A DNA stretch of 64,000 nt from a virus (Duplodnaviria > Caudoviricetes): positions 11,425-75,424 of IMG/VR virus record IMGVR_UViG_3300049458_000012. One strand, written 5' to 3'. Position 1 is the stretch's first letter; each line of letters opens with the position of its first letter. Shown piece by piece: positions 9,668 to 19,487 of the stretch. The position numbers and the translations under genes are program-made. The notes under the pieces are model-generated. The model had not been told where the DNA came from and did not search any database. It saw nothing but the letters and a program-made list of their open reading frames with translations.

Positions 9668-10132
9668 ATGGGTTACCTAGCTTCAAACTACCTACCGGCG
9701 CACTACTTCAACACGCATTACTTTGCGACGGAGGGAGGCACCTCTCCGCCCGGGTTGGATGCGCAGTTTGGTTTTGCAGACATCAATGTGTACAGCACCA
9801 CGGGGCTGCCCGTCGCGCGCTCCGCGTTCATTGAGAAGTCCGCGTGCATCGTGACCATTGGTTACTTCAATGGGCTGGGGGCGCCGTTCGTGCCCAATAT
9901 TGTGACATATCAAGTGCTCGATGTGATCAGCAAAAAGATCCTCGTGCCCGCCACGGCGCTGATCCCGGCCTTGATCAATAAGATCACCATCACCGCCGCC
10001 CAGAACGCTATGGTTAGTTTGACGCGGGACTCGGAAGGGCACCAAGTGCTCTTCCAGATAACGGACGCCACGGGCAACGTTAGTTACGCGCTGGATGAAT
10101 ACGACTTGCTGCGTGTGCCGGGAGCGGTGTAA
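9668..10132 (+). CDS. Hypothetical protein
   Basis: 154 aa ORF; stop overlaps the portal ATG (TAATG). Confidence 0.65.
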   Translation: MGYLASNYLPAHYFNTHYFATEGGTSPPGLDAQFGFADINVYSTTGLPVARSAFIEKSACIVTIGYFNGLGAPFVPNIVTYQVLDVISKKILVPATALIPALINKITITAAQNAMVSLTRDSEGHQVLFQITDATGNVSYALDEYDLLRVPGAV

Positions 10133-11700
10133 TGGCCACCGACACGCCCACCGGGATCTTCGCAGGCTTCAACGGCTCGGCACTATCGACCGTGCTGAAA
10201 GACTTGCTGATGGAGGACAGCATTGAGCCAGGCTCGGATGCGTCCTACCAGTTGTGCAAAACGCTGTACCTCTATCACCCGCTGGGGCAGAAGATGGCGG
10301 ACGCGCCATTGACGATGGCCCAGAGCCAAGCCCGCACGATCACCGTGCAAAGCGCTCCGGACGAAGTGGTGAAGGCGTTCACCGATCAATGGGACAAGGA
10401 CAACTGCGACGGTTATATCCACAACGTCTACAGTTTGTCCCGGGTGTACGGCATCGCCTCCATCACCCTCGGGTGTGAGGGGAAAGCGGCGGATATTTTC
10501 CTGGAGCCTGCTGAGTATTGGCAGCTGCCTTTGTTCTTCAACGTCCTCGATCCTCTCAATACCGCGGGCTCGCTCGTACTGAATCAGGTGCCGACTGCAG
10601 CGGACTTCAACAAGCCCGTCGCGGTGCGCACCAATGGGGCAACGTTTCACCGCTCCCGGTACCAAGTGGTGATGAACGAAACGCCCGTGTATCTTGCATA
10701 CACCACTGCGGCATTCGGATTCGTTGGCCGTAGCGTGTACCAGCGGGCCCTTTTCCCGTTGAAGTCGTTTGTGCGATCGATGATTGCAGACGACATGATA
10801 GAAACGAAGCTCGGGCTGCTCGTCGCGAAGCAGGAGCAATCGGGCTCGGTGCTGGACGCGGTGATGGCGAAGATTGTTGGCCTGAAGCGCTCCTTACTGA
10901 AGCAAGCGCAAACGGGCCAAGTGTTGTCGATCGGAGTTGAGGAGGATATCGAAACCCTCAACATGATGAATGTGGACGGGGCGGGCGGATTCGCTCGCAC
11001 CAACATCCTGAAGAACATCGCCACAGCCGCGGATATGCCCGCGAAGCTGTTGGAGAATGAGACGCTGGTGCAAGGATTCGGAGAAGGCACAGAGGATGCG
11101 AAGAATATTGCGCGGTATGTCGGGTCTGTGCGCAAGAAAATGGACCCAACTTACCGCTGGTTCGACAACATCGTGCAGTACCGGGCGTGGAATCCGGACT
11201 TTGTGCTGCGGATGCAAAGCAAATACCCCCAGCAGTACGGTGGGCGCTCCTATTTCGACGTCTTCGCGGAGTGGCGGGCAACGTTCACCGCAGAGTGGCC
11301 TTCGCTGCTGATCGAGCCGGAAAGCGAAGAGGTGAAGGTTGAAGACACGAAGTTGAAGGCCATCACCTCGGTCGTGGAAGTGCTGCTGCCGGAGATGGAC
11401 CCAGACAATAAGGTGCGCGTGATCGAGTGGATGGCGAACAACCTGGGCGAGAATAAGCGCATGTTCGCGCATGACTTGATCCTGGATTACGTCGGCTTGG
11501 GCGAGCACCAAAACGAGCAACTGGAAAACGAGCGCGCCAACGAAGAGGCGCAACGAGAGGCTGCACGCCTCGGACTCAATGCTGGCGAAGCCGAGCCGGG
11601 TGAAGGTGGGGAAGAGGGTGCGCCGCCCGGGAAGAAGGGGGACGAGAAGCAACCCCCGGTGCGTAAACTAGCGGCGATGAAGTTGGCGGGAAAGAAGTAG
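10132..11700 (+). CDS. Portal protein (DUF1073-like)
   Basis: 522 aa; SRVYG, FH.SR, FGF.GRSV and AAD.P.KLL motifs; position before head-morphogenesis gene. Confidence 0.85.
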   Translation: MATDTPTGIFAGFNGSALSTVLKDLLMEDSIEPGSDASYQLCKTLYLYHPLGQKMADAPLTMAQSQARTITVQSAPDEVVKAFTDQWDKDNCDGYIHNVYSLSRVYGIASITLGCEGKAADIFLEPAEYWQLPLFFNVLDPLNTAGSLVLNQVPTAADFNKPVAVRTNGATFHRSRYQVVMNETPVYLAYTTAAFGFVGRSVYQRALFPLKSFVRSMIADDMIETKLGLLVAKQEQSGSVLDAVMAKIVGLKRSLLKQAQTGQVLSIGVEEDIETLNMMNVDGAGGFARTNILKNIATAADMPAKLLENETLVQGFGEGTEDAKNIARYVGSVRKKMDPTYRWFDNIVQYRAWNPDFVLRMQSKYPQQYGGRSYFDVFAEWRATFTAEWPSLLIEPESEEVKVEDTKLKAITSVVEVLLPEMDPDNKVRVIEWMANNLGENKRMFAHDLILDYVGLGEHQNEQLENERANEEAQREAARLGLNAGEAEPGEGGEEGAPPGKKGDEKQPPVRKLAAMKLAGKK

Positions 11701-11704
11701 CCAT

Positions 11705-12547
11705 TTGGCCAAGTTCTCCAGCCAGTTCTACACCGTGCTCACCGACGCCGTGGCAGACCTCGCGGAGCATGGCTTCGATTCGCAGAAGCGCTTGGACGCC
11801 TGGCTCCAACGCCTGGAGATCGCGGCCCGTGGGGCCTTGGTGGACCCCTCGGTGCTGCAGCGCGAGGTGTGTGAGGCGTTGGCCCAGACCTACAAGCGCA
11901 CTGTGGAGGGCCGTGGGCTGGTGCGTTTGCACAAAGGCGTGAGCGAATTCACCCTGGCCTCCATTAAGCCGAAGCTGCGTGCGGAGCTGGATAGACGAGT
12001 GCTGGCCTCCGCGCAGTTGATAAAGCTCAACCGTGAAGCCTCGATCCGTCGCACCTTGCAGCGCTTCGCGGGCTGGGCCACTTCGGTGCCCGCGGGCGGT
12101 ACGGATGTTGTACAGCGGAAGAAGACGGTGGACTCGGTCCGCAAAGGCATTGCTGCGCTGCCGTTCGAAGAGCGTCGAGTGGTGATTGATCAGGGACACA
12201 AGCTCAACTCCGCGGTGAACGATATCGTGGCCCGGGATGGAGGTGCGATCGCCGCGAAGTGGCGTCATGTCATGGAGCGTGGGGCCGGGTACAAACCGCG
12301 TCCGGAGCACGTTGCTCGCAACAACTTGGTCTATGTGCTGCGAGATTGCTGGGCGATGCGCGACGGATTGATGAAGCTCGCGGGCGCCCAGTACTCGGAT
12401 GAAGTGACGCAGCCCGGGGAAGAGGTCTTTTGCCGCTGCACGTACGAGTATCTGTACAACCTGCGTGATCTTCCGCCCGCCATGCTTACGGTGAAGGGCC
12501 GTGAGGAGTTGGCGCGGGTGCGGGCGCAGATTGCGGGCTGGCGATGA
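11705..12547 (+). CDS. Head morphogenesis / minor head protein (SPP1 gp7/Mu F-like)
   Basis: KWRH...R.EH..R and PGEEVFCRC motifs; follows portal; TTG start. Confidence 0.8.
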   Translation: MAKFSSQFYTVLTDAVADLAEHGFDSQKRLDAWLQRLEIAARGALVDPSVLQREVCEALAQTYKRTVEGRGLVRLHKGVSEFTLASIKPKLRAELDRRVLASAQLIKLNREASIRRTLQRFAGWATSVPAGGTDVVQRKKTVDSVRKGIAALPFEERRVVIDQGHKLNSAVNDIVARDGGAIAAKWRHVMERGAGYKPRPEHVARNNLVYVLRDCWAMRDGLMKLAGAQYSDEVTQPGEEVFCRCTYEYLYNLRDLPPAMLTVKGREELARVRAQIAGWR

Positions 12548-12708
12548 CGGCCATTGTGTACACGCACCGCTTCCAGCCTACAGGGCTCGCGGGGTCCGCC
12601 TGCCAAGTTTGCCGTCAGCACCCATGGTATCGATTGCATCAAGTCGATGGCCGTCCAATTTCCCGTTGGGCCTTTGTCGCGAGTCTCGGGTGCAAGGCGA
12701 TACGGTAA
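12544..12708 (+). CDS. 54-aa putative Zn-binding protein (not in ORF track)
   Basis: MTAIVYTHRFQPTGLAGSACQVCRQHPWYRLHQ...; ATGA and TAATG overlaps on both sides. Confidence 0.55.
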   Translation: MTAIVYTHRFQPTGLAGSACQVCRQHPWYRLHQVDGRPISRWAFVASLGCKAIR

Positions 12709-13043
12709 TGGATAAGCTGGATCAAATATTGTCCAAGTGCGATGCGGTTGGCGCGACACACTATTCAATTCCTAACTCTTCGGTCATCTGTGGCAGCAAC
12801 AGCAAAAGCGCCACGACTGATAAGGGGGCGGTGACATGCAAACGCTGCCGCCACCTGATGGGTTGGGATGTTGCGCGAAAGGATGCGCAATACACGCACA
12901 AGGTTGAAACAAACTTTGGCGGCTTGGCCAGTGAACACGGTTCGCGCGCGTTGGCCGAGAAAGCAGTCAGGCGGTATGTTTCCCAAAGCAACGGCAAGTT
13001 GACCGAGAAGGACTTCCCCATCAGCGAGATTAAACGTCCATGA
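12708..13043 (+). CDS. Hypothetical head-associated protein
   Basis: MDKLDQILSKCD resembles the scaffold segment KLDKILTHMD of the next gene; CxxC motif. Confidence 0.55.
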   Translation: MDKLDQILSKCDAVGATHYSIPNSSVICGSNSKSATTDKGAVTCKRCRHLMGWDVARKDAQYTHKVETNFGGLASEHGSRALAEKAVRRYVSQSNGKLTEKDFPISEIKRP

Positions 13044-14806
13044 TTCGCGCTGCCGGCACTTTGTGTGTAGACCCCAATGGCCACGTTCTATTGGTGCATC
13101 GGACAGACGGCCAGGGTTGGTCCACCCCCGGGGGTCACATAGAAGACGGCGAGTCTGCACAAAGGGCCGCGCAGCGCGAGCTGGAAGAAGAGACCAAGCA
13201 CGAAGAGAAGCTCGAAGCCTTGCTGCCTTGGACTCGACGCATTAAAGATGGGGTAGATTTCACGACGTTCCTGGTCAAAGTGCCGGAACAGTTCACACCT
13301 CGGCTCGATGGCGAGCATGATCAGTTCCGTTGGGTCGATCGCCACGTGGCCCTGGACTCGATGGAGCTGCATCCGGGTGTGAAGGTGGCCCTGCTGCTCC
13401 CGGATCTGGATGAGTTAGGGGTTGCGAAGGCGATCCGGGCGGGGGAGCTGATGAGCCCCTGGCGGTACAAGAATGTGCTGTTGATCGCGTTGCGCATCAC
13501 GGGCACCGGAGCCGCATACCGTTTGGCGGAGAAGGAGTTCGTTTGGCGGGATGAGTCGTTGTATCTGAACGATGAGTTCCTGCAACGGTGCAATGGGCTG
13601 CCGGTTATCTGGGTGCACCCGGAAAATAAACCGCAGCTCAACTCCAAAGAATTCCACGACCGTATCGTGGGAACCGTTTTTCTGCCCTACATACTCGAAA
13701 ACGAGGTGTGGGGCATTGCCAAGATCTATGACGACGGAGCGATGGCGGTGTTGGAGGAAAACACGCCCAAGCTGTCCACCTCTCCATGCGTTGTACTGCG
13801 GCCTGATGGCAGCAGCAGTAAGTATCGGCTGCAGGATGGATCGATCATTTTGATCGAAGGCAAGCCTGCCCTCCTGGACCATCTCGCGATTGTTGAAGTC
13901 GGAGTTTGGGACAAGGCGGGTGAACCGTCCGGTGTACTCAATCAACTAGAGGATCCAAAAATGCCCGAAGCAACACTTGCGCCTGCCGCTGCTGCGCCTC
14001 CTGGAGAGGCAAAGTCCGACAGTGACGTGAAACTCGACAAGATTCTTACTCACATGGACTCCTTCCAGGTGTCGCACAAAGCTCTCGCGGATGGCCAAGC
14101 GGCGCTTTGCTCCCGGATGGATGCCTTCGAAGCGGCTCACAAGCCCGCGGAAGGTAAGGAGCCCGTGGCCCCCGCTGCTGTCGCTCCGGGCGGAGAAGCC
14201 GCACCTTTGGCCGTGGACCGTAAGGACGGAGAAGCGCAGCCCGGCAAAGAGAGCGAAGGTGCCGCACTGGCATCCGAGCGCGATCCCAATCACCTTCAAC
14301 CAGCGGACAGTGCCATGGCGGACAGCAACTCGAAGCGCATCAACGAACTCGAAGCGCAGATCAAGACGATGAACCAGCGCATCCCGACCGACATGCCGGA
14401 AGAAGACCGGCTGAAATTCGTCGCGGTGCAGGAGCGCGCCGAGCGTGTTGCGCAGGCGTTCGGTGATGCCCAGGGCGCCCCTCGTTGGCTCCATGGGGAA
14501 ACGCTCGATCAGTATCGGCGCCGGATGGCCAACAAGTTCCGCACGCACAGCCCCGCGTGGAAGGACATCGACATCACGCCGTTCGCTGGGGCGACGCTCG
14601 TGCCGGTGGAAACTCAGATCTACGCAGACGCGATGAATGCAGCAATGCACCCCTCGTCGGTGGAGGGTGGGCAGCTGCGCCAGGTGATTGAGCAGGACGC
14701 TACGGGCCGCCGCATCAAGAACTTTTACGGTGACCCGGAAGTGACGTGGGGACCTTTCAAACTCCATCCGCGACTCGTGTCCGATCTTCGCACCAAGTTC
14801 AACTGA
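13040..14806 (+). CDS. NUDIX hydrolase fused to DUF2213-type prohead protease and scaffold
   Basis: Nudix box GHIEDGESAQRAAQRELEEET; LPVIWVHP..LN, STSP, DHLAIVEVGVWD of DUF2213; acidic/Ala-rich scaffold C-terminus. Confidence 0.8.
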   Translation: MIRAAGTLCVDPNGHVLLVHRTDGQGWSTPGGHIEDGESAQRAAQRELEEETKHEEKLEALLPWTRRIKDGVDFTTFLVKVPEQFTPRLDGEHDQFRWVDRHVALDSMELHPGVKVALLLPDLDELGVAKAIRAGELMSPWRYKNVLLIALRITGTGAAYRLAEKEFVWRDESLYLNDEFLQRCNGLPVIWVHPENKPQLNSKEFHDRIVGTVFLPYILENEVWGIAKIYDDGAMAVLEENTPKLSTSPCVVLRPDGSSSKYRLQDGSIILIEGKPALLDHLAIVEVGVWDKAGEPSGVLNQLEDPKMPEATLAPAAAAPPGEAKSDSDVKLDKILTHMDSFQVSHKALADGQAALCSRMDAFEAAHKPAEGKEPVAPAAVAPGGEAAPLAVDRKDGEAQPGKESEGAALASERDPNHLQPADSAMADSNSKRINELEAQIKTMNQRIPTDMPEEDRLKFVAVQERAERVAQAFGDAQGAPRWLHGETLDQYRRRMANKFRTHSPAWKDIDITPFAGATLVPVETQIYADAMNAAMHPSSVEGGQLRQVIEQDATGRRIKNFYGDPEVTWGPFKLHPRLVSDLRTKFN

Positions 14807-14887
14807 GTTTCTCTTCCCCTCACTTCACATCCAATCGTTGTGCGCCGTTACGCGCACCCCGGCTAACCGGGTCAGGAGTTTACTATC

Positions 14888-15517
14888 ATGCCAGGCATCA
14901 CAATCAACCCGGCCCTGATGAGCAATGCAGCCGGGGGTTTCTTCACGTCCAGCGATGGCTATGTGCAAGGAACCGCACTCGATAGCCCAACTGCGCGGTT
15001 CGGGCTCATTGCGGGGTTTGTTGCCCCCGCGCAGCAGTCCCCTCTTTGGGGTGGAATGGCCGTCAAGGATTCTCTCCCGGCAGCGGGCGTAGAAGCGCAG
15101 GCCATGGGCCACGGGCTCGTGCTCGCGGCGAACGCAGCGGAGATCACGGGCTTCACGGTCTTTGATCAGTCGCTGGCCATGATCCAGTCGCCTCAGTCGC
15201 AGTGCCCACTCGCGCCCGCAGGGGATGGCACGAAACCGGGCGGCGCGATCAACTTCTATCGCATGGGCTCGGGTGCACGCATCGCGGTGCAGCTCGATCA
15301 AGCGGTGGCCGGAGCCCTCGCGGGCGCGCTGTCCAACGTGGCGGTGTACTGGGACTATGTGAACCAGAAGCTGTTGTCCGCTCCAGGCGGCACAGCGATC
15401 CCGGTGAAGTTGGTTGGCCTCGATACCCAGGGCAACTCGAAGATCGTGAGTTACAGCTCGGTCACCGGGTTCGCCAACTGGACCGAAACGGGCTTCTGCG
15501 CCATCATCCAGATCTGA
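14888..15517 (+). CDS. Capsid decoration/cement protein
   Basis: GGAG SD; located between scaffold and MCP; LWGG.A, G.GARI motifs. Confidence 0.65.
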   Translation: MPGITINPALMSNAAGGFFTSSDGYVQGTALDSPTARFGLIAGFVAPAQQSPLWGGMAVKDSLPAAGVEAQAMGHGLVLAANAAEITGFTVFDQSLAMIQSPQSQCPLAPAGDGTKPGGAINFYRMGSGARIAVQLDQAVAGALAGALSNVAVYWDYVNQKLLSAPGGTAIPVKLVGLDTQGNSKIVSYSSVTGFANWTETGFCAIIQI

Positions 15518-15565
15518 TTTCCGCACGACCTCTACACCCCAACATTCTTTCAGGAGTTTTCTTTC

Positions 15566-16585
15566 ATGGCAAATCTCGCAACTTCATGGGCGGTCGTGCA
15601 CCCCTCCTTCATGGAGCCGGAGCTGATCCTCCAAATCAATCAGGCCTCGGGAGCGTTCGAAACGCTGGCCGGGGGCAACCCTCGCGTGAAGATCGGGTCC
15701 GAGGACAAGGCAGTGTACATGCGGCGCATTGGCGTTCGCACCTCCGTTCGCAGCAATCAGGCGTCCGGCAACCAACTGCCTTCGTGTTCGGTTGTCCCGG
15801 GCATGATCTCCGCGCCCACGTACCTCAACCGCACCCGCGCTGAGTACGACCACCACGACACGGCGATGATGTCCGAGTGGGGCACCAACATCGTGGAGGC
15901 TCAGCGCCTCGCGATGCGCCAGGGGCACTTCCAACTCTTGCGCAACATGCTGCTGGCTGGCAACATCCCCGCGAACGGCGAAGGACTGCTGAATGCCAAC
16001 GGGGCAACCTCGGTCAACCTTCCGCCCGATAGCTTCGGGTTTTCGACTGCACGCACGTACGACAATGGCCAGATGGCCACGTTCTTGCTCACGCAGCTGC
16101 TCAACACCAAGGTCCGCACCATGCAGCTCGGTATGCCGCAGCGGTTCGTGATCCTGGGGCCGCAGCGCACGCTCGGACTCTTCGAGTACGCGAACATTGT
16201 GCAGCTCACCTCGTACCAGCGGCCCGGAGCTGGCTCCACCACCACCGCGGGCGTCGTGAAGGACGTGGCGGGGCTGAATGGGGACATTGTTGAGTGGACG
16301 TATGACGACACCCTGGCCAATTACAGCGGTGCGGGCATCGACACGATCATCATCACAATGCCCGAGGTGAAGAACCCGCGCGCCCACAACATCAACACCA
16401 ACGAGTTCGGCTCCCTCACCCCCGGCCAAGTGGCCTGCACGCTGCAGTACACCGACATGGCCGCGCCGAAGGAGATCCCGACTCCGCTACCCGGTGGAGC
16501 GATTGACGTGGTGTCGGAGCTTCGCGCCAGCCCGGGTTGGGCCATCCGTCCGGAGGCGGTAACGATTGTCGCGATGACCTATTGA
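15566..16585 (+). CDS. Major capsid protein
   Basis: 339 aa; GLLNANG, SELR.SPGWAIRPEAV C-terminus typical of HK97-fold MCPs in this family; followed by a hairpin. Confidence 0.85.
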   Translation: MANLATSWAVVHPSFMEPELILQINQASGAFETLAGGNPRVKIGSEDKAVYMRRIGVRTSVRSNQASGNQLPSCSVVPGMISAPTYLNRTRAEYDHHDTAMMSEWGTNIVEAQRLAMRQGHFQLLRNMLLAGNIPANGEGLLNANGATSVNLPPDSFGFSTARTYDNGQMATFLLTQLLNTKVRTMQLGMPQRFVILGPQRTLGLFEYANIVQLTSYQRPGAGSTTTAGVVKDVAGLNGDIVEWTYDDTLANYSGAGIDTIIITMPEVKNPRAHNINTNEFGSLTPGQVACTLQYTDMAAPKEIPTPLPGGAIDVVSELRASPGWAIRPEAVTIVAMTY

Positions 16586-16605
16586 GGTTTTGCGGCAACT
16601 TTCAA

Positions 16606-16640
16606 AACGCCCATTCGATCCCTGTGAAGGGGTGGGCGTT
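16606..16640 (+). terminator. Hairpin downstream of MCP
   Basis: aacgcccat / gtgggcgtt stem. Confidence 0.45.
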
Positions 16641-16672
16641 GTACTTCAGCAAGTTCTAAAGGAGAACTTCAC

Positions 16673-17218
16673 ATGCCCAAGCTTTTTGTAGCCAACACTA
16701 GCAAGCAGCACCATGACTTTGCGTATCGTTTGGCGGAAGACAAGAACATCCGCATCGAAACCATCCGCATCGGCTCACAGGTGTGCGTCGGGGGAGACTC
16801 TCTCACCCATGAGATGATTGCGAAGATCATCGAGCAGCACGCCCCCTACGGCCTGCGAGATGCGAAGACTCTCTCCGGGGTGAAGGATTTCGTCGGCCTG
16901 TGCTATAGCATCGACAAGCCCGTGCCGATGGACAACATGCTGGTGTTGTTCGAGAAGAATGACGTGGTGCTGAATGATCGCGCAGCCGATCGGCGTGAAG
17001 ACATCGCGGCATCGATCGCCCACAACACCCAGGCGCAGATGGAAGGCGCCGACGTCACGCTGCAGCGCACCGAGGTCGAGATCGAGGAGCAGACGAAGGA
17101 CGGCGCACCGAAGGTGAATGAAGGGTTCGAGGTGACGGGCGACGGAGTGACCCCACGACACCCCGGGCGCACTGGGCGTCGAGATAAGCGCGGAGGATCG
17201 CGGAGCGCACGCACGTGA
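16673..17218 (+). CDS. Hypothetical (head-associated) protein
   Basis: GGAGA SD; 181 aa; directly after MCP. Confidence 0.7.
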   Translation: MPKLFVANTSKQHHDFAYRLAEDKNIRIETIRIGSQVCVGGDSLTHEMIAKIIEQHAPYGLRDAKTLSGVKDFVGLCYSIDKPVPMDNMLVLFEKNDVVLNDRAADRREDIAASIAHNTQAQMEGADVTLQRTEVEIEEQTKDGAPKVNEGFEVTGDGVTPRHPGRTGRRDKRGGSRSART

Positions 17219-17364
17219 GTTCCAAAGGTGCGCCTCAGCAGCCCGCCAAGCACAGCACGCGGATTGAGTTGGACACGTTCGAATCGGTTGATTTCGCCAA
17301 TCGCCGCAACAAACGACGTCGCGCACGGGCCCTGGCGAAGGCATCTCGCCGCAAAAACCGCTGA
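17215..17364 (+). CDS. 49-aa arginine-rich basic peptide (not in ORF track)
   Basis: GTGA overlap; ends NRRNKRRRARALAKASRRKNR. Confidence 0.5.
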   Translation: MSSKGAPQQPAKHSTRIELDTFESVDFANRRNKRRRARALAKASRRKNR

Positions 17365-17376
17365 AGAGGGGCCCTT

Positions 17377-18048
17377 ATGTTCGCCAACCCAACCAAACCC
17401 AACTTGGTCGATTACCTAGCATTTTTGTCGGGTAGCGTTCTGGTGGGCGTGCCTGCGGGAATATTCCCGAGCGTGGTTGGGTTGGTGACGGGCGGCACCC
17501 TTGGGTCATTGCTCGATACTGCCCAGGCTTGGACAGTGGACCAATGGCAAGGATACTCGATTATCGACTTGACGAAGAACACGCGGGCCGTTGTGGCGAG
17601 CAATGGCGCCACTTCCGCGATCTTCGTAACTGCGATGCCTGCGGCGCCCGTGCCCGGGGATCAATACGCCATTGCCCCGGGTTCAGCGCTGATGACGTTG
17701 GACGTAGCGGTGGCAACGGTGAACCCGGCTATCTGTGCTGCGTCCGCGGAGTTGTACACACTCGCGGTTTATAACTTGGCGACGGATAGGCTGTTCAATT
17801 ACGCCCAAGACGTCCCTGGGCAAACGTTCTTCCGGGACCAACGCGGGAAGGACAAGCTGAACCTGTCTGCGTTCGCACCGGGCGTGGTGGCCAGCAGTGG
17901 GGATGAAGGCAGCAGCACCTCATTGCTGAATCCGGAAGCAATGAAGCGGTTCACGCTGCGTGACTTACAGATGCTGAAAACCCCTTGGGGCCGCGAGTAC
18001 ATGGGCATTGCGCAAATGTACGGCGTCAACGTCTGGGGCCTCACGTGA
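17377..18048 (+). CDS. Head-tail adaptor (DUF4054-like)
   Basis: YTLAVYNLA...G.V.SS.DE.SSTS...LKTPWGREY motif. Confidence 0.75.
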   Translation: MFANPTKPNLVDYLAFLSGSVLVGVPAGIFPSVVGLVTGGTLGSLLDTAQAWTVDQWQGYSIIDLTKNTRAVVASNGATSAIFVTAMPAAPVPGDQYAIAPGSALMTLDVAVATVNPAICAASAELYTLAVYNLATDRLFNYAQDVPGQTFFRDQRGKDKLNLSAFAPGVVASSGDEGSSTSLLNPEAMKRFTLRDLQMLKTPWGREYMGIAQMYGVNVWGLT

Positions 18049-18497
18049 AATTCGTGATGCACTTCGGTGTGCTGGTGCAGCCGTATCGAGTGAGCGGGAA
18101 GAAAGTGCGCGCCATGACCACGGGTGACGTCGCCAAAATTCTGGAAGACAAATACGGTGTCATGGCAGCCTTCTACAAGGTACACGGCGCCGACGTCGTG
18201 GTGCCCGCGATGGAGGTGTCACTCGGTGGCGCAATGGAATCGCTCATGATGGGGCGCCCGGTGAACCCATGGGATCGGGGAGCGCAGATGATTCAAGCGG
18301 GCTTCCGGGACTTCATCTCTTCGCGGGAAGCGGAGCGAGTTGGTATTCCAGGGACTCCGACGAAAGCGGCGTTGGCGGGCGTGAATCACCGGCTCAAGCA
18401 CCCTTACCGACGCCGCAATGCCTCTCGGCCTTCGTTCCGTGACACTGGGCTGTACATGAACAGCATGCGTGTTTGGGTGGAGAAGGTTGGCGTATGA
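18045..18497 (+). CDS. Neck / head-tail joining protein
   Basis: GTG overlap start; RPSF.DTGLYMNS motif. Confidence 0.65.
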   Translation: MKFVMHFGVLVQPYRVSGKKVRAMTTGDVAKILEDKYGVMAAFYKVHGADVVVPAMEVSLGGAMESLMMGRPVNPWDRGAQMIQAGFRDFISSREAERVGIPGTPTKAALAGVNHRLKHPYRRRNASRPSFRDTGLYMNSMRVWVEKVGV

Positions 18498-19459
18498 CCT
18501 CGATCGGTGAAGCGGGTGATGTTCAGGGGCAAATGCTCGGCACGCTGCAAGCCGGGCGCGATTCCCTGGACCTCGATCAAGAGGTCACTTTCAACAAATA
18601 CTCTCGCGTTGTGCTGCCGCTGGACGGATACGTGTTTTGGGCCCCGGGCGCCCCCTTCGTCGCTAAGGGAGCGCTGCACTACTCGCAAGAGGTCGTGCAA
18701 TCGGAAGACGAGACCCAAGGCTATGCGACGCTGACGTTCACCGCGCGAGATCCGATTGTGGAGTTCACCGCGGCCCCCTCCAATACGTTGTATGTGGCAA
18801 CGGTGGACGGGTTCCGTTATTCCTTTTCGCAGCAGCAAGGCTTTTTCCAACAAGCGGCCCTGTGGCATTACTTCGGGCACTCGATCCCGCCCGCGTTGGC
18901 CGCGCAGTTGGTGGACAAGCCGGGGAGCATAGACCCGGATCGCGCTGTGGTGTCGAACTCCTTGCCGCTGTGGCTCGCGATGAACAACTATGTGTCGCCT
19001 TTCTATGACGGATTCTCGGATGCAGGCGTGCCGTTCGTAACGGCGCCACCCACGTTGTACCCGTCGTTTTTGGTGGAAGACAATAAGGTGCCTCCATATG
19101 GGGCGGTGCACATTGGGGAGGACGACACCCGCGCGTTGCAAGCGGCCCCTCTCCTCGATCGCAACCGCAGTCACTCTCAACTCGTTTCCGATCGCGTGCG
19201 CATCACGCTCTATGGGCTGCAAAATGACGAGGCAATGGACTTCCTCGACACCATCAATCAATACAGCTTGCTCACCGACAGCTTCGGCATCATGAATTCC
19301 CCCGTAGTGAGAGACGGGAAACGTAAACAGGAGGAGTTGAAAGCGGTCGCCATGAAGAAGGTGATCGATTTGGAAATAAGTTACTACCAAACGCGCGCCG
19401 CGGCAGTGGCTCGACAGTTGATCTTATCGAGCATTCCGAGTTTTTTCCTGAAGTCTTGA
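18494..19459 (+). CDS. Head-closure / tail-completion protein
   Basis: YSRVVLPLDGYVFW motif; position before the tail genes. Confidence 0.6.
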   Translation: MTSIGEAGDVQGQMLGTLQAGRDSLDLDQEVTFNKYSRVVLPLDGYVFWAPGAPFVAKGALHYSQEVVQSEDETQGYATLTFTARDPIVEFTAAPSNTLYVATVDGFRYSFSQQQGFFQQAALWHYFGHSIPPALAAQLVDKPGSIDPDRAVVSNSLPLWLAMNNYVSPFYDGFSDAGVPFVTAPPTLYPSFLVEDNKVPPYGAVHIGEDDTRALQAAPLLDRNRSHSQLVSDRVRITLYGLQNDEAMDFLDTINQYSLLTDSFGIMNSPVVRDGKRKQEELKAVAMKKVIDLEISYYQTRAAAVARQLILSSIPSFFLKS

Positions 19460-19487
19460 TCCCTTCACTCAATTCGAGGAGTTTGCC

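Noticed and set aside
8541-9669. Long antisense ORFs (also 4953..5933, 15584..16429, 18404..19390, 45854..46786, 54420..55649, 56847..58289)
   Set aside because: Shadows of real genes in GC-rich DNA with no recognisable motifs
10132-11700. Anti-CBASS Acb1 label often attached to DUF1073 proteins
   Set aside because: Size, motifs and position indicate the portal; no 2H-phosphodiesterase HxT/S pair recognised
13448-14921. CTGATGA heptamers on the + strand at 13448 and 14915
   Set aside because: Inside coding sequence with no matching GAAA or stems; chance matches
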